A stretch of 60,301 bases of DNA, filler included, from Basidioascus undulatus (GCA_000826855.1; 13 parts of 13 records of this genome joined end to end with filler, not necessarily neighbours in it), one strand, 5' to 3'; shown: positions 38,790 through 51,356, counted from the first letter of the whole stretch. Made by a program: numbers and translations. Notes: generated from the sequence alone by a model not told the origin.

Positions 38790-40172
38790 GGAATACCGGT
38801 GCGCAGTGTGTCGGCTGTGAACTGGTAGTCCAGCGGGGCGGTGTGAATGAGGAAGCGGCCCTCGGCGCCGCGCTCGTACGCCAGGACATGCGCTCTGTAC
38901 AAGATCCCGCTCGCGTCTAGTCAGCTTTGAGCCTTTAAGATCGGGAGAGGAAAGGGGATGAGATATTGAGACGTACTTAGCAATGTCTCGCACGTCCGCG
39001 AGAGAGACGAACCAGTCGTCAGGGAGCGAGTTTGCCTGGCCCGAGATGATGAACCGCAGCTGCGCGTTGCTCTCCTTCAGCTCAGAGAGCCTTGAGAGGG
39101 TGCTGGACGGGCCCGATGATGAAGCCCGGGTTGATGGACGAGAGCTTGAACGACGGCGAATGCTCTTGCACGAAATCGTACGCGGCTTTCTCCGCCCACT
39201 GTCGCAGTTTGAGCTACCGGTCGGACATAAAATACAAACAGGTGTGTGAAACACCTTCTTGGAATCACCTTCGGGTAACAAAGTACAATGGATTGACAGT
39301 GAGCCTTAGTAAACGGCACACAGAACAACGTTGGACGTACAGTAGGCATAACCCGGGTTGGGCTCCTTCAGGGAGTCCTCTGTTTGAAAAGGTAGGGGAA
39401 GACGTCAGTGCTAAAAATTATACAAATAGGTGCTCAAGCTTACACCTAGGAAATCGGGTTCCAGTCCTTCTCCGCGTAAAAGTCTTGCTGTGCTTGGGAG
39501 TCTTGTCGTCCCAAATGCCACTGGGGATTGACCGGAATGTGAGACAAAGAACCGAACAAAGGTTGACTAGGTACATCCGGAAAGGTTGAAGTGCTTACAC
39601 GGGAGCGCACGAGGAGGTAACGACGAAGTGCTTGACGGACGGCTCCTTCGACGCCGCTGTGATGGCCGAAAGCGTGCCGTCGATAGCAGGACCGTACTGT
39701 GTCGTGTTAGCTTTGAAGCTCCCTATGGACTCTTGCCTCGAGTTCTTGTGTGAGGGGATATGGACGCACGTAGTTTTCCTTGCTGTTCTTGCCCTTCAAG
39801 TGGAAAGGCGAGGCCGTGTGAAACACTGCTTCGACGCCTTCCTCGTCCCCAAACTTACTAGATTATCTTACAAATCTGATAATCCAGAACGGACCAAAAC
39901 TCACCCTTGACGCCCTCGGAAAAGTCGCCTTTAGCGATGTCCTCGATCACGACGTACTCGAACTTGCCCTTGTCGGCAAACGCCTTAAACTATTCAGTGC
40001 TCTTGACGGCTTCGCCCTTCTCGGTTGAGCGCACCTAGCCCCGGACGTGATATCCGGACTTGAGAAGCTCGAGCGCGACGTGAGATCCTACGAAGCCGGA
40101 GACGCCGGAGACGCCGGAGACGCCGGAGACGCCGGAGACGCCGGAGACGACGAGTTTGGCAGAAGCAGCCAT
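38790..40172 (-). pseudogene. NAD(P)-dependent epimerase/aldehyde reductase (Gre2/ARII-like extended SDR) with multiple stops
   Basis: VSGFVGSHVALELLKSGYHVRG*VRS...E*FKAF...EYVVIEDIAKGDF, PAIDGT, EKDWNPIS*, YAY|xDSKK, ADVRDIA|AHVLA. Confidence 0.85.
40095..40148 (-). repeat. Perfect 9-bp tandem repeat (GTCTCCGGC) x6
   Basis: Six exact gccggagac units on the plus strand, encoding (VSG)6. Confidence 0.97.
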
Positions 40173-41008
40173 CCCAACGTTGGGAGGGGTACGGGTGTAG
40201 ATGAGGTTGTTCAGAGTGTTGAAGAGCTGTGGAAGGGAAAGATTGAAAGTATTTAGACGACGCAAGTTCAATTTAAAGGCAAAGTGGAACCTATGCTGAC
40301 TGATAGTGGTAGGGCAGTCGAGCAGTCACGGCTGCATGAAGCTGACGTCAGTAGTGGCCGACGATCACCTCACTGCCTCTGGGAGCATCGCGATCGCCGC
40401 GCCACAAGGAGAGTTGAATTACTGGAGTGGGTGTATGTATCCCAAGCATCAGCGGTCTGGCAGTGCCTAAGTTAATCGAGTGCAAAAGTGGACAACAGGC
40501 GATTAGTTACTGCTCTTGCTACAACTTGCTCGTGCCTTCAAACGTGACAAAGCAAATACACCGACAGTTTCGAACCACATATGTTCTCAACTATCTCTCT
40601 TCAATTTCTCGTTACCGAATGTCTGGCAAGTATCATATTGACTCCCAATCACCATCGACTTCCGCATCGACGAATATCAAGCCCCTCGCTGAACACATCT
40701 CAAAGAGGTGATGCAGCAAGGACGTCCGACTGGTGACGGATCCAGGCATCCCCACAAACTCAGCCGGATAATCCTAAGTGCTGGAAGATAAGCGGTGTCT
40801 AGAATGCTCAGGGTAGGAATCTCCCAGTCAGTGCCATTCCTGTATGCCGGCATTCCCAAGAGAAACGCAGCTTCTATTTCTCACCGACAGCCGGTCCTTG
40901 TTCTCGACTCCCACGCCTCGCTTATCTAATCGCCGATCCTCACGCACCCCTCGCCTTCCTCCTGCCTGCTCTCAATCCACACCACATACCCGCACACCCG
41001 CACACCCA

Positions 41009-41781
41009 ATGCCCCCTAAGCGCAAATCATCGACCCCCACGACCCCCAAGCCGATTCCGAAGCCGAAACCCACGAACCTCTTCTCCTTCAACTACTTCGT
41101 ACGCGCATCGCAGCAGCAGCAGCCACAGCCGGCGGAGGTGAGCAAGAAACCCAAGCTTGAGGCGGGGGGCCAGGGGAATGGGAAGGGCAAGGAGAGGGAG
41201 GTCGTGGTTATCGAGAGTGATGAGGAAGAGGCGGAGGTGGAGAACGGGCTGGTCGGACTGGCGGAGGGGGCGGTCAAGGTAGAGGGGCATGCGGAGGGAA
41301 TGTTGGGTCTGCCGGTCAAGCAGGAGCAGGCGGAGGTGGACACCAAGCCCGAGCTCGACGACACGCCCGAGCAGCCCCTCTTCTTCTACGACGACGACGA
41401 CGACGAGAACGACGAGCCGGGCCCGTCCACGCGTCGCTGCAGCGGAGCGGGGACGGGGGAAGACGACCTTGCACTGCTGGGGCCAGGCTGGGACGATGGG
41501 CCGCCGACGGAGGCTGAGGAGGAAGACGAGGAGGGGGGGCCGAAGTGCCCGATATGCGGGGAGGGACTCCTAGGGCTCAGCGAGATCGTGCGTCCCTCTT
41601 CTCTCTCCTTTCTGTTTCACAGAGTCCGCTTAAGCGCTGTTCACGTCCACAGAAAGCCCAACAGCACGTCAACGCGTGCCTCGACTCGCCCGCATCCACC
41701 ACCGCACCTTCGCCTTCCACCATACCCAAACCCAAGCGAGCACGTAGTCCGGGTCAAGCGTCTGCGCGCGGAGGAACGCTG
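41009..41781 (+). CDS. N-terminus of a UBZ4-zinc-finger DNA-repair protein, probably Pso2/SNM1A; rest off-contig
   Basis: Disordered acidic N-terminus, then CPICGEGLLGLSEI|KAQQHVNACLD (CCHC UBZ4 pattern). The nuclease domain is not visible. Confidence 0.6.
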
Positions 41782-41798
41782 AGATCGGAAGAGCGTCG
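41782..41798 (+). other. Illumina TruSeq adapter read-through
   Basis: The contig terminates in AGATCGGAAGAGCGTCG. Confidence 0.95.
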
Positions 41799-41898
41799 NN
41801 NNNNNNNNNNNNNNNNNNNNNNNNNNNNNNNNNNNNNNNNNNTTAATTAATTAANNNNNNNNNNNNNNNNNNNNNNNNNNNNNNNNNNNNNNNNNNNN

Positions 41899-42233
41899 GG
41901 TAGGGCTGCTGCTGCGGGTAGCCGCCGCCGTAGGGGTAGCCGCCCTGGGGCCCGCCGTAGGGGTAGCCAGCGAAGCCGCCCTGCTGGGGAGGCTGGCCGT
42001 ACGCGGCGTTGTACTGGCCGTACGGCGGCTGGGGAGGAGCGTGCTGGCCGCCAGGACCAGCGGGAGGGCGCTGACCACCCTGGGCCTGCGGGGGCACCGC
42101 CCAGCGGGGGACGAAGCCTGATGCGCCCGGGTTGAAGTTGAAGGACGGCCTGTGGGGGCACGGGGGAGGGTGAGATGCAAGGCCAAGTGAGGACGGCCTG
42201 ATAGGAAACGGGGACTTGCGCGTTGGGGTTCAT
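41899..42233 (-). CDS. SUP35: Translation release factor eRF3 (Sup35) N-terminal PAM2 + prion-like domain; rest off-contig
   Basis: MNPNA|PSFNFNPGASGFVP (overlapping PAM2-like motifs) followed by Q/G/Y/P repeats. The GTPase domain is not visible. Confidence 0.65.
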
Positions 42234-42532
42234 ACTCGCTTGTTTGATACGCTCTGTGTGTGTGCGTCTGTGTGCGGTAATTGAGTATAAGAGTGTCGTC
42301 GCTGTCGACGATGAGCTGGGCGAGGGGGGCAACGGCAAGCCAAGAAAGAGAAGTGGCGGCTTCGCATACTCAACTTTGGCTTTCGGCGAAAGGTTAAATG
42401 CTTATCACCGACATGGGCTCGACTCCGACGTGCTCGCCCGCGCGTCTTGTCTCCTTGGCTCCCTCAGTGACGTCTCTTGATCTCTCGACCTTCGCTCACC
42501 CCGCCATCAAGCACGCCGTCTCTGCGCAGACC

Positions 42533-44081
42533 ATGGCCGAGGACCTCAACAAATTCAAAGTCGTCGATCTCAAGGCGCGCCTCTCTGAGCGCGGCTTGAA
42601 GACGACTGGTCTCAAGGCCGAGGTACGCATCCTTCCCCCACCTGCCTCATCTCACCCTCGACGCGTTAACCGCTTCCCCCTTGCCAGCTCGTCGAACGCC
42701 TCTCCCAGGCCATATCCGCTGACGCTCCTCCCTCCGCTACTGAGCCGAACGGAAACGGCGCGCCTGCCGTGGAGGCGCAGGCTCAGGCCGAGCCGGACGG
42801 AGATGGCAAGAAACGCAAGCGCGATGGGGATGACATTGCGGCCGCTGCTGAGGGCGAATGTGCGTCTTCCCTGTTTTTGATCTCGTCACCTCCATCTCCA
42901 GTTCCCCTCACCCTCCTATCCTCCTCCAGCTCCCCGCAAGCGACCCGCTCCCGCTGCAGCAGCCGTCGACCCAGAACCTCCCGTCGCGCCGGAGCCTGAG
43001 GGCCGGACACACGACGACAACGCCGCTGGCGACCACCCCGGTCCCCTTCCTGCCCCTCCTCCCACCTCCGCCGTTGATCTAGCCCCTACCACCATCCCCG
43101 TGCCCGCCGTAATCCCCACCGACGACACGCCCATCGCGCCTCAGCCGGAGCCCGCGCACGCCAACAACGCCGTAGGCGACGCCCCAGGTCCAGAGCCAGC
43201 TCCAGCACCAGTCGCAGCAGCCGCAGCAGCAGCAGCAGCAGAGGGCGAGACTCCCGTAGCACCCGAGCCCGAGTCAGGGCACGCCGACAACGCACCAGGC
43301 GACGTCCCAAATCCCTCTGGACCTGCTCCTCCCCACTCCCCGTCCCCCTCCGCGCTCGACCCTTCCCTCCCAGAACTCCACTCCACTGCGCACCCCCCAA
43401 CGCGCACCCTCTACGTAACCAACTTCGTCCGCCCGTTCATGACTCCCGATGCGGAGGCATTGTTCGCGGAGCACGGGGACCTCGTAGAGTCGTCCGAGGA
43501 CGGCGAAGTCCGCTTCTTCATGGACGGTACGTCTTCTCCCTACATTTTCACCTTACCCCGTCCACTCATACGCGTGTTCCTTCTCAGGCGTCAAATCCCA
43601 CGCATACGCGACCTTCTCCTCCCTCCCCTCCGCCATTCGCGCCGCGCACGCCATCCACGGGCGCCTCTGGCCCGAGACCGTCCCCGGCGCACGGAACCTG
43701 TCCGTCGAATTCGTGCCCTCGTCCGAGACGCGTCGGCTCGTGAACGAGGAGACCTTCGCATGGAAGAACGGGCGCAAGCGGCTTTCTCTCCATATCCACC
43801 CACCCTCTTCCCCTGAAAGCACGTTCCGCTTCGCACTCGAGCCCTTCGTTCCTCCCTCCGCGATCGCTGCGGCCGCCGCGGCAGGTGCATACGCCCCACG
43901 CGGTCTGCCGCTCCTCTCCGCAGGGCCCACCGCGCCGCGACCTGTCATCGTGCGCGATCTGGAGACGCTCAACATTCCCATCAAGGCTATGCCGCCGAGC
44001 AGGGCGGAGCTGGACAGGAAATGGAAGCATACCAAGGCCAAGCCGAGTCTGTATTGGGCGGAATACGAACCGAAGCAGTGA
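42533..44081 (+). CDS. Acinus-like SAP + RRM + RSB-motif protein
   Basis: SAP: KFKVVDLKARLSERGLKTTGLKAE|LVERL. RRM: TRTLYVTNFVRPF...MD|GVKSHAYATF. RSB-like: LDRKWKHTKAKPSLYW. Confidence 0.85.
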
Positions 44082-44099
44082 GATGAGTAGTGGGACTGG

Positions 44100-46426
44100 A
44101 TTTGATTGTGAAGCAAAATTGTATTGGGTATGATGATCTGATGACTTGTCGCTGCATCAACTGTGCTCAATGAAGCATGCTGTGCTGCTGTCAGACTCTT
44201 GCTATGAGGAAGTTTATGCTTGAACCAGTTGATTGAGTCTCGCAACCAGTTGATGGAGTCTTGCGGATGTGTTGAAGACTTGGGCTGAACACAAGGGAGG
44301 GCTTTTTGTTTGATGCAGTGGAATAGGGCGAGCCTGCCAGTGAGAGCAAGAAAAACATTAGCAGTCATGTTTCCAGGCTGTGGATATTGTCAGGTCTGAC
44401 CTGGATCCCTTACTTTTTGATAACGTGCTGTGTTCATCCAATGCTATATTGTTGGATGAGTCAAACCCTCTGAAGATGGCAGGCTGGCCAGGCTACTGAC
44501 TTATGGCTGCCTTGCAAGATGTATACTTGGAGGGCATTGATATGGGTACTGCGCTGCAACAGCAGGAAAGTATTTGGCATGGCACAGAACAGGACTGATC
44601 TTGGTAGAAGCACTGTCAGAATTGCACAAAATGAAAGAAGCCATTGGGAAGTGTGGAAAAGTGCAGCCCCACCTGCGGAGCAACACTGAAAGCAGTGAGG
44701 ACAGCCATGGGCTGTGTAACTCATGACATGCAAACTTCAGGAAAAATTTCAGATCAGTTATATTCCCTTTCTCCTCTTGCTGTACTGGTATCATCCAAAT
44801 CCATTAGTTCCAGAGGATGTAACCTGAGTGAATTTGTTTCAAAGTGAAACTGCCTGCAAAGGCATTCTTGGGGAGGGGGTCCCAGATTTCAGATAGCATT
44901 GTCCTCATTCAGTGCTCCAAGATGGCCTTTTGTCATGCTGTTTCGATTGTCCTGATCATCGTAAGAACCCAGCCTGTATGTTGTGCCCTGATCATTGGTT
45001 TCCAAAGCAGACGAAGGGCTTGCTGGACTTGGGCAATGATGGTCAGCTGTACTATCATGCTGCAGCCTTTTGCCCCCACCTGCTGGAAATGACATGCCCA
45101 AGCAATGGCACATTCGTCCTGTTCAATTTCCTGTGTTCCACCTCATAAAGTGGCTGCTTCATTTACACTGAATAAGCCACATCCACTGGTATCCACTTTC
45201 AAGAGGTACTGCCAACTGTGCTGCTGTGACCTCCATCCAAACCCAAGGGTGTGCTTCAGGACATAGGCTTGAATCGAGTTTCTGGCATCATTCCAGTTGT
45301 CATTGTGTACATAGCAGATAGGCGGTGTTTTTGGGAGCTAATCACATTCCACTGCAGGGGATCACACAGCCATAGCTGTAGGCCTCAGCCATCTCCCAGC
45401 CATCTCCCAGCAACCACTTGTCATTACTTGCCATCTCGAGTCCATCTGGAGCCGTCTGAGCTCTTTAATAGGCCAAATCTCAATATCATCTGCTAATAAT
45501 ATCTCGCCCACTATGGGTGGAGAGTGTGAGTGTGCGGTGCTTTCCAGATGTGGAGAAGGTAGTGAGGTGCACACTGTTGATGGCAATTGGGCCAGCCAGC
45601 TGGACAAGGTGGAAAAGGTTGCCTGAGGGAATACTGCATGCAATGAAGCAGCTGAACTTATCTGTGAACATGACATCCTTGTCACAGAACATGACAGCAC
45701 AGCAAAGGCACATGAGGTAGGAGATGGAGATGAGGTAGCAGTGCTGTTCTCAGGGCCATAGAGGATGTTGCAGAGGAGGATGGTGTGTGTCTTGCTGTTC
45801 TCAACAATGACAGGGATGGCGAACACCAATGGCAGAAACATTCTGCCCCTTACAGGCAAGCGAGATCACCTCCAGCTGCATTGACTGATATGTGGAGAAG
45901 ATCATGGTTATCATGGTCACTGGTTATCATGTGCAAGGCACCAGAGTTGACAAACCAGCCATTGCCACAGGAGATGGTCTGTGTGGTGACCATCCATGAG
46001 AGGCCTGGGCTGGTTGGTCAATCTCAGCAAGTGTCATGAGAGGAGAGGTCTATGCAAGCATGCTGGTAGGGCCTCTAGATGAGGGGGCCAGAGACAGGGC
46101 TGGTGAGGGAGCTGGAGGAGAGTGTACAGTGTGGATAGGATGCGAGGTTGGCCAACTTCTTCTTGTCCTTGCTGTGGTCTGGGCACTCATTGTTTCAGTG
46201 TGGGCTGTTGCAGAAGTGACACAGGCTTGGCAACTGCCTGCACAGGTGAGTCTCCTTTTTCTTGGTCCTGGCAAGGTTGGCAGCCATGAAGTTTCTGCAG
46301 CAGTCACCCTCCTGGAAGACAAGGGACATGGTTGTGCTCAAGTGTGAGGATACACCCCTTGGTGTGGGCAAGGGTGTAGCCAAGGGCTAGGGAGTGAGAG
46401 TGTAGGACTAGAGGAAATGATGGTGG
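44100..46426 (-). mobile_element. Degenerate Ty1/Copia LTR-retrotransposon internal region
   Basis: Gag-like knuckle CHFCNSPH*NNEC (46183-46221), protease-like WFVNSGALHMIT (45922-45957), then TILLCNILYGPE, in Copia order. Many stops and strong CpG depletion. Boundaries are approximate. Confidence 0.7.
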
Positions 46427-46526
46427 NNNNNNNNNNNNNNNNNNNNNNNNNNNNNNNNNNNNNNNNNNNNTTAATTAATTAANNNNNNNNNNNNNNNNNN
46501 NNNNNNNNNNNNNNNNNNNNNNNNNN

Positions 46527-49500
46527 CCTGCCGGTGACGCCGGCGAGGATGACATGAACGTGGACGACGCTGCGAGCGTTCGGAGTGGCTCCCGCAGCTC
46601 GAGCGAGAGCGGCGGGGAGTCATCTGGTCGTCTGCGCCAGCCGTTCCTCCTTCGCGGTCAGCTGCGCGAGTATCAGCAGACGGGCTTCGAGTGGCTCGTC
46701 AGCCTCTACCACAACGGCACGAACGGCATCCTTGCGGACGAGATGGGCCTCGGGTGCGGTCGTTCGCACTCTTACTCTCTCTGGGGGACTGGGCTGATAG
46801 CGAATCGTCCACAGGAAAACCATCCAGACCATCGCGCTCTTCGCTCACCTCGCGTGCGAGGGCGGCTCTTGGGGCCCGCACCTCGTCATCGTCCCCACCT
46901 CCGTCGTGCGTGTTCCTTACCCTTGCCTGCCCATCCAACGCTGGCTCATCACATGCGCGCTTTCTTCGTAGATGCTCAACTGGGAGATGGAGTTCAAGAA
47001 GTTCCTGCCCGGGTTCAAGGTCCTCACGTACTACGGCAACATCAAGGAGCGCAAGGCGAAGCGCGTCGGGTGGAACACCGAGGTCAGGGTGCAGCTGGAA
47101 GGGCGATCCTAGAGCGTTGGCTCACTCTCAGAAACACAGAACTCGTTCAACGTCTGCATCACCTCGTACCAGCTCGTCCTCGCCGACCAGCACATCTTTC
47201 GACGCAAGGCCTGGCACTACATGGTTCTGGACGAGGCGCATCAGGTAAGGCACTTCCAAGGTTCAGTCGGCGAGAGCCAGAAGCTGAGGCGTACTCCTCA
47301 AACAGATCAAGAACTTTCGCTCCGCTCGCTGGCAGACCCTCCTTGGCTGTACGTCCGCCCGTTTTTCAAATACGAACCAGCTTCTGACATCCTCGCCGTC
47401 TCACAGTCAACTCAAAGAAGCGCTTGCTGCTTACCGGCACTCCTCGTGAGCTTTTTTTCTTCCACCAGTGATCTTCGGGGAAGCTGAAGAGTTTCCTCCC
47501 AGTACAAAACGACCTCTCCGAGCTTTGGGGTGCGAGCCTGCCTTCATTCATCCGCCCCGACGCAGTTGCTGATGAGGATGCTTGCAACAGCCCTGCTCTA
47601 CTTCCTCATGCCCGCGGGCGGCCTCACGCAGAACCTTGAGGGAAGCGGCTTCGCGAACCACAAGGAGTTCTCGGACTGGTTCGGCTCGATTGAGAGCGGC
47701 AAGGCCGTGCAGAGCGGCGAGGCGATGGACGAGGAGATGCGCGCGACGGTCACCAAGCTGCACACGCTGCTGCGTCCATATTTGCTGCGCCGCTTGGTAA
47801 GCTTGGTTTCTCATTCAGCTTATGGTTGCGCACGCTGAAGTGGAATCTTTCGCACAACAGAAAAAGGACGTCGAGCAGCAGATGCCGGCCAAGGTCGAGC
47901 ACGTCGTCTACTGCCGACTTTCGAAGCGGCAGCGTTTCTTGTACGACGAGTACATGGCTCGAGCGCAGACGAGGGAGACGCTGGCGTCGGGCAACTTGTG
48001 AGTTGGCGCTGCTTCTTCCATTCCCTGAGCCTGAATTCACTCGCGACTGTTACGCTTCACAGCATGTCCATCATCAACGTTATGATGCAGCTTCGCCGAG
48101 TCTGCAACCACCCGGATCTCTTCGAAGTCCGCCCGATCGTGACCTCGTTCTCCATGTCGCGCTCCGTCGTCGCCGACTTCGAGATCAAGGAGCTCCTCGT
48201 CCGCCGACGCCTGCTCGCCGGCGACTCGCACGAGCGCCTCGACCTCCACGAGCTCAACCTCGTCCCCGCCTTCCACGAGCGCGTCTCGACCATCGTCTCG
48301 CGCGAGCTAGCGACGCTCGACGCATCGGACCTTCTCCCGTTCGTCAAGCAGGCTCGGCCGGCGCCCGAAGACGTCCCACCGCCCGACTACCGCACCATCG
48401 CCGGCTACAAGCGCCATCGCGCGTTCCAGATGCACCTCGCCGAGGTCGCGCGGTGGAAGCAGATCGCGCGCACGAACTCATGCCGCTGCAGCCGCAGCCC
48501 GATCTATGGCGCCGGCCTCCTTTCGCGCGTCGAACAGCTCAGTGGCCCCAAGATCGTCCCCCTCGACGTGGCCGAGCGCGACCGTCGCGGCTATCTCGAC
48601 CGTTCCGACCTCGTCTCGGCCGCGGTCAAGTCGTACGCGCAGAGAGCCGAGGACATACGCGAGGTCGTCGACACTTACGCGTTCTGCACGCCGAGCGCCG
48701 TCGCTCACGACCTCGCCCAAGCCGCGCTGCCGGGGCTCGATCCCGAGGAGCACCCTGTCCTCCACGATCAGGCGTTTGACACGCTGCACCCGAGCACGGT
48801 CAAGCACCAGATCGCCTTCCCGGACGCGTCGCTCATCCAGTACGACTGCGGCAAGCTGCAAGAGCTCGACGCGCTACTCAAGACGTTCAAGGAGGGCGGC
48901 CACCGCGTGCTCATCTTTACGCAGATGACACGGGTTCTCGACGTGTATGTCTGAGCCCCGCACTTTACCGCGCCAAGCTCGCTTCTGATCCTTCTTTTCC
49001 TGGCAGCCTCGAGATTTTTCTGAACCACCACGGGCACCGCTACCTCCGGCTCGACGGCGCGACCAAGGTCGAGCAGCGGCAAATCCTGACCGAGCGCTTC
49101 AACACCGACCCTCGCATTCTCGCCTTCATCCTCTCCAGCCGCGCCGGCGGCGTCGGCATCAACTTGACCGGCGCAGATCGCGTCGTCTTCTATGACAGCG
49201 ACTGGAACCCTGCTATGGGTGAGTTTGGTTGTCGGAGAAGGCCCTGCGCACCGGCTAACACATCCTCTCTCTTCGTAGACCGTCAATGCCAGGATCGGTG
49301 TGTCTTGCCGTGCTCAAGAGCGATGGACGTGCGGCTGACAGTTTGTTCTTCGTTACAGCTGCCATCGCATCGGCCAGACCCGCGACGTACACATCTACCG
49401 CTTTGTCTCGTCGCACACGATCGAGGAGAACATGCTCCGGAAAGCGAACGTGCGTTGTCATCAATCCCTTCCCATCTACCCAGAGACTGACGCCGTCTTG

Positions 49501-50014
49501 CCTCCCACAGCAAAAAGCCAACCTCGACAACATTGTCATCCAAGAAGGCGACTACACGACAGACTTCCTCCAGCGTTTCGACTGGCGCGACATGCTCGGT
49601 GTGGACGGGCCAGCTGACGATGCAAGCATCACAGACGTCGACACGCCCCGCCCCGTCGAGAGCGCCGCGGCCATCGAGCGCGCGCTCGCGAACGCCGAGG
49701 ACGAGGACGACGCGGCTGCGGCGGTCATCGCACGCGGCGAGATGACCTACGAGCTCGACGAGGCCGACTTCGCAGAGGGCGACCCTGCCGCCGCTGCTGC
49801 TGCCGCTGCGGGTACCCCGGCTGCTGCGGACGACACGACTGCTTCGACGCCCGCTGCTGGGCGGGAGGACGGCGCGCCGCCTCCTGCTGCTGCGGCGGCG
49901 GGGGTAGCTGCGGCTGCGCCTGTGTTGGACGAAGATGAGGATGAGGATGATGGCTCGGTGGATGACTTTATGCTGCGGTTCGTGGAGATGTACTGGGACG
50001 TCATGGGGCTGTAG
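46527..50014 (+). CDS. SWR1: Swr1 SNF2-family chromatin-remodelling ATPase; 5' part off-contig
   Basis: LRGQLREYQ...[37 protein letters not shown], long split-ATPase insert, [37 protein letters not shown]. Confidence 0.95.
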
Positions 50015-50492
50015 AGATGCTCGGCGGGACTTTCTTGCATGAACGAAGAAGCGAAGCAGGGCAAGCCATACTGGCGTGTATCTCTCCGATCTCAGCGTGC
50101 AGCGTGTCCAATTCTTGTCAGTGGCAATCGCGAAGGACAGCACTTCACACAGAGTTTTGCGCTTCAAAGGCGTCCCAGTTACAAGTCAAGTCATCAACCC
50201 GCGATACGGGCGTACACACATCGAACGAAGCTACCTGCGAACTGAACCAAAGAAACCATCACAGGAAAACCGAATGAAAGAAGAGGGGCTCAGGGAAGTC
50301 CCCAAAGTCCGGACAGCAGAACATGAACTGTGGAAAGAATGGAAGAAGCCAACGCAAGTGCGCGAGAAGATGCAGCGCGTTTTCCCTTTCCCTCAACATA
50401 ATGAAACCTCTCCCGCCAACATAATGAATCTCATCTTCACACCATCTACCTCCCTCGTCCCCTTGAAGAACCCGAAAGAGAAAGCGACAGCA

Positions 50493-51054
50493 TCAGCGAT
50501 GCTTGCGCGGGCTAGATCTTGTCGGCAAAGCGTGTGCATGCGCGGCCGAGCGCCGCGCGCGCTTAGTCGGCGTCTGCTGCGTCTCGTGGTGATGCGCGGG
50601 CGGGCCGTCCGCCTCGCGCTTGAGCGGGGCGAGCGCAATCGCGGATACGGACGCCGGATGCGAGTGCGCGTGGAGCGGGGACGGCGCGTACCCGCCGGCG
50701 CCCATCGCAGCGGCGATGCTGGTCAGCGGGGGCGCCGCGTACTCCCCGCCGGCGCAGCTGCTGTGGTTGCTCGCGGGCGGGCTCCCCAAAGCGAGGAGCT
50801 GCAGCGCTGCGGCTTCTTGCTCGCCTGGGCTCGGACGCGTACGCCGCGCGTGCGGCTCTCCGTCGTCAGGCGACGTGCCGTGCGAGGAGGGCGGGGTGAG
50901 CGTCGGCGCACCCCCTCCCCCGGTGTTGGACGTGCCCGCGCTCGCTATGGAGTGAGCTGTCCCCGTGGACGGCGAGCGCAGAGCGGAGGTAAGCCAGTCT
51001 TGGTAGTACGGCGGTCCGCCCGAATGCGGGTGAGAGTAGAACGAGGAGGGGTGG
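50493..51054 (-). CDS. C-terminal exon of a low-complexity, probably nuclear protein; 5' part off-contig
   Basis: The frame is open from the contig end through EQEAAALQLLAL to TPTKRARR...SSPRKHR*. Confidence 0.5.
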
Positions 51055-51164
51055 NNNNNNNNNNNNNNNNNNNNNNNNNNNNNNNNNNNNNNNNNNNNTT
51101 AATTAATTAANNNNNNNNNNNNNNNNNNNNNNNNNNNNNNNNNNNNNNNNNNNNACCCGCGCAG

Positions 51165-51356
51165 ATGTCCGACCGCCCCCTCTACCGCGACCCCTGGGCG
51201 CGCCGCGAAGCCTGGCGCTCCCACCCCATCTTCAACCGCGGCAAGCTCCTGCGCAACCTCTTCCCCGGCTTCGGCATCGCCGTCGTCGCCTTCGCCGGAT
51301 ACGTCGCGGTCGAGAAGGTTGTGCTTACTGCGAAGGCGGAGCCGACTAAGCACTGA
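51165..51356 (+). CDS. NDUFB3: NADH:ubiquinone oxidoreductase subunit B12 (NDUFB3)
   Basis: RDPWARREAWR...LFPGFGIAVVAFAGYVAVE. Confidence 0.92.
   Translation: MSDRPLYRDPWARREAWRSHPIFNRGKLLRNLFPGFGIAVVAFAGYVAVEKVVLTAKAEPTKH

Noticed and set aside
38790..40172. Stop-codon reassignment explaining the in-frame TAGs
   Set aside because: TAG terminates intact genes here (MAPKK, SWR1, phosphatase), and internal stops are confined to the decayed loci.
50076..51110. 344-aa plus-strand ORF
   Set aside because: Arg-rich antisense shadow of the GC-rich minus-strand exon plus 3' UTR sequence.
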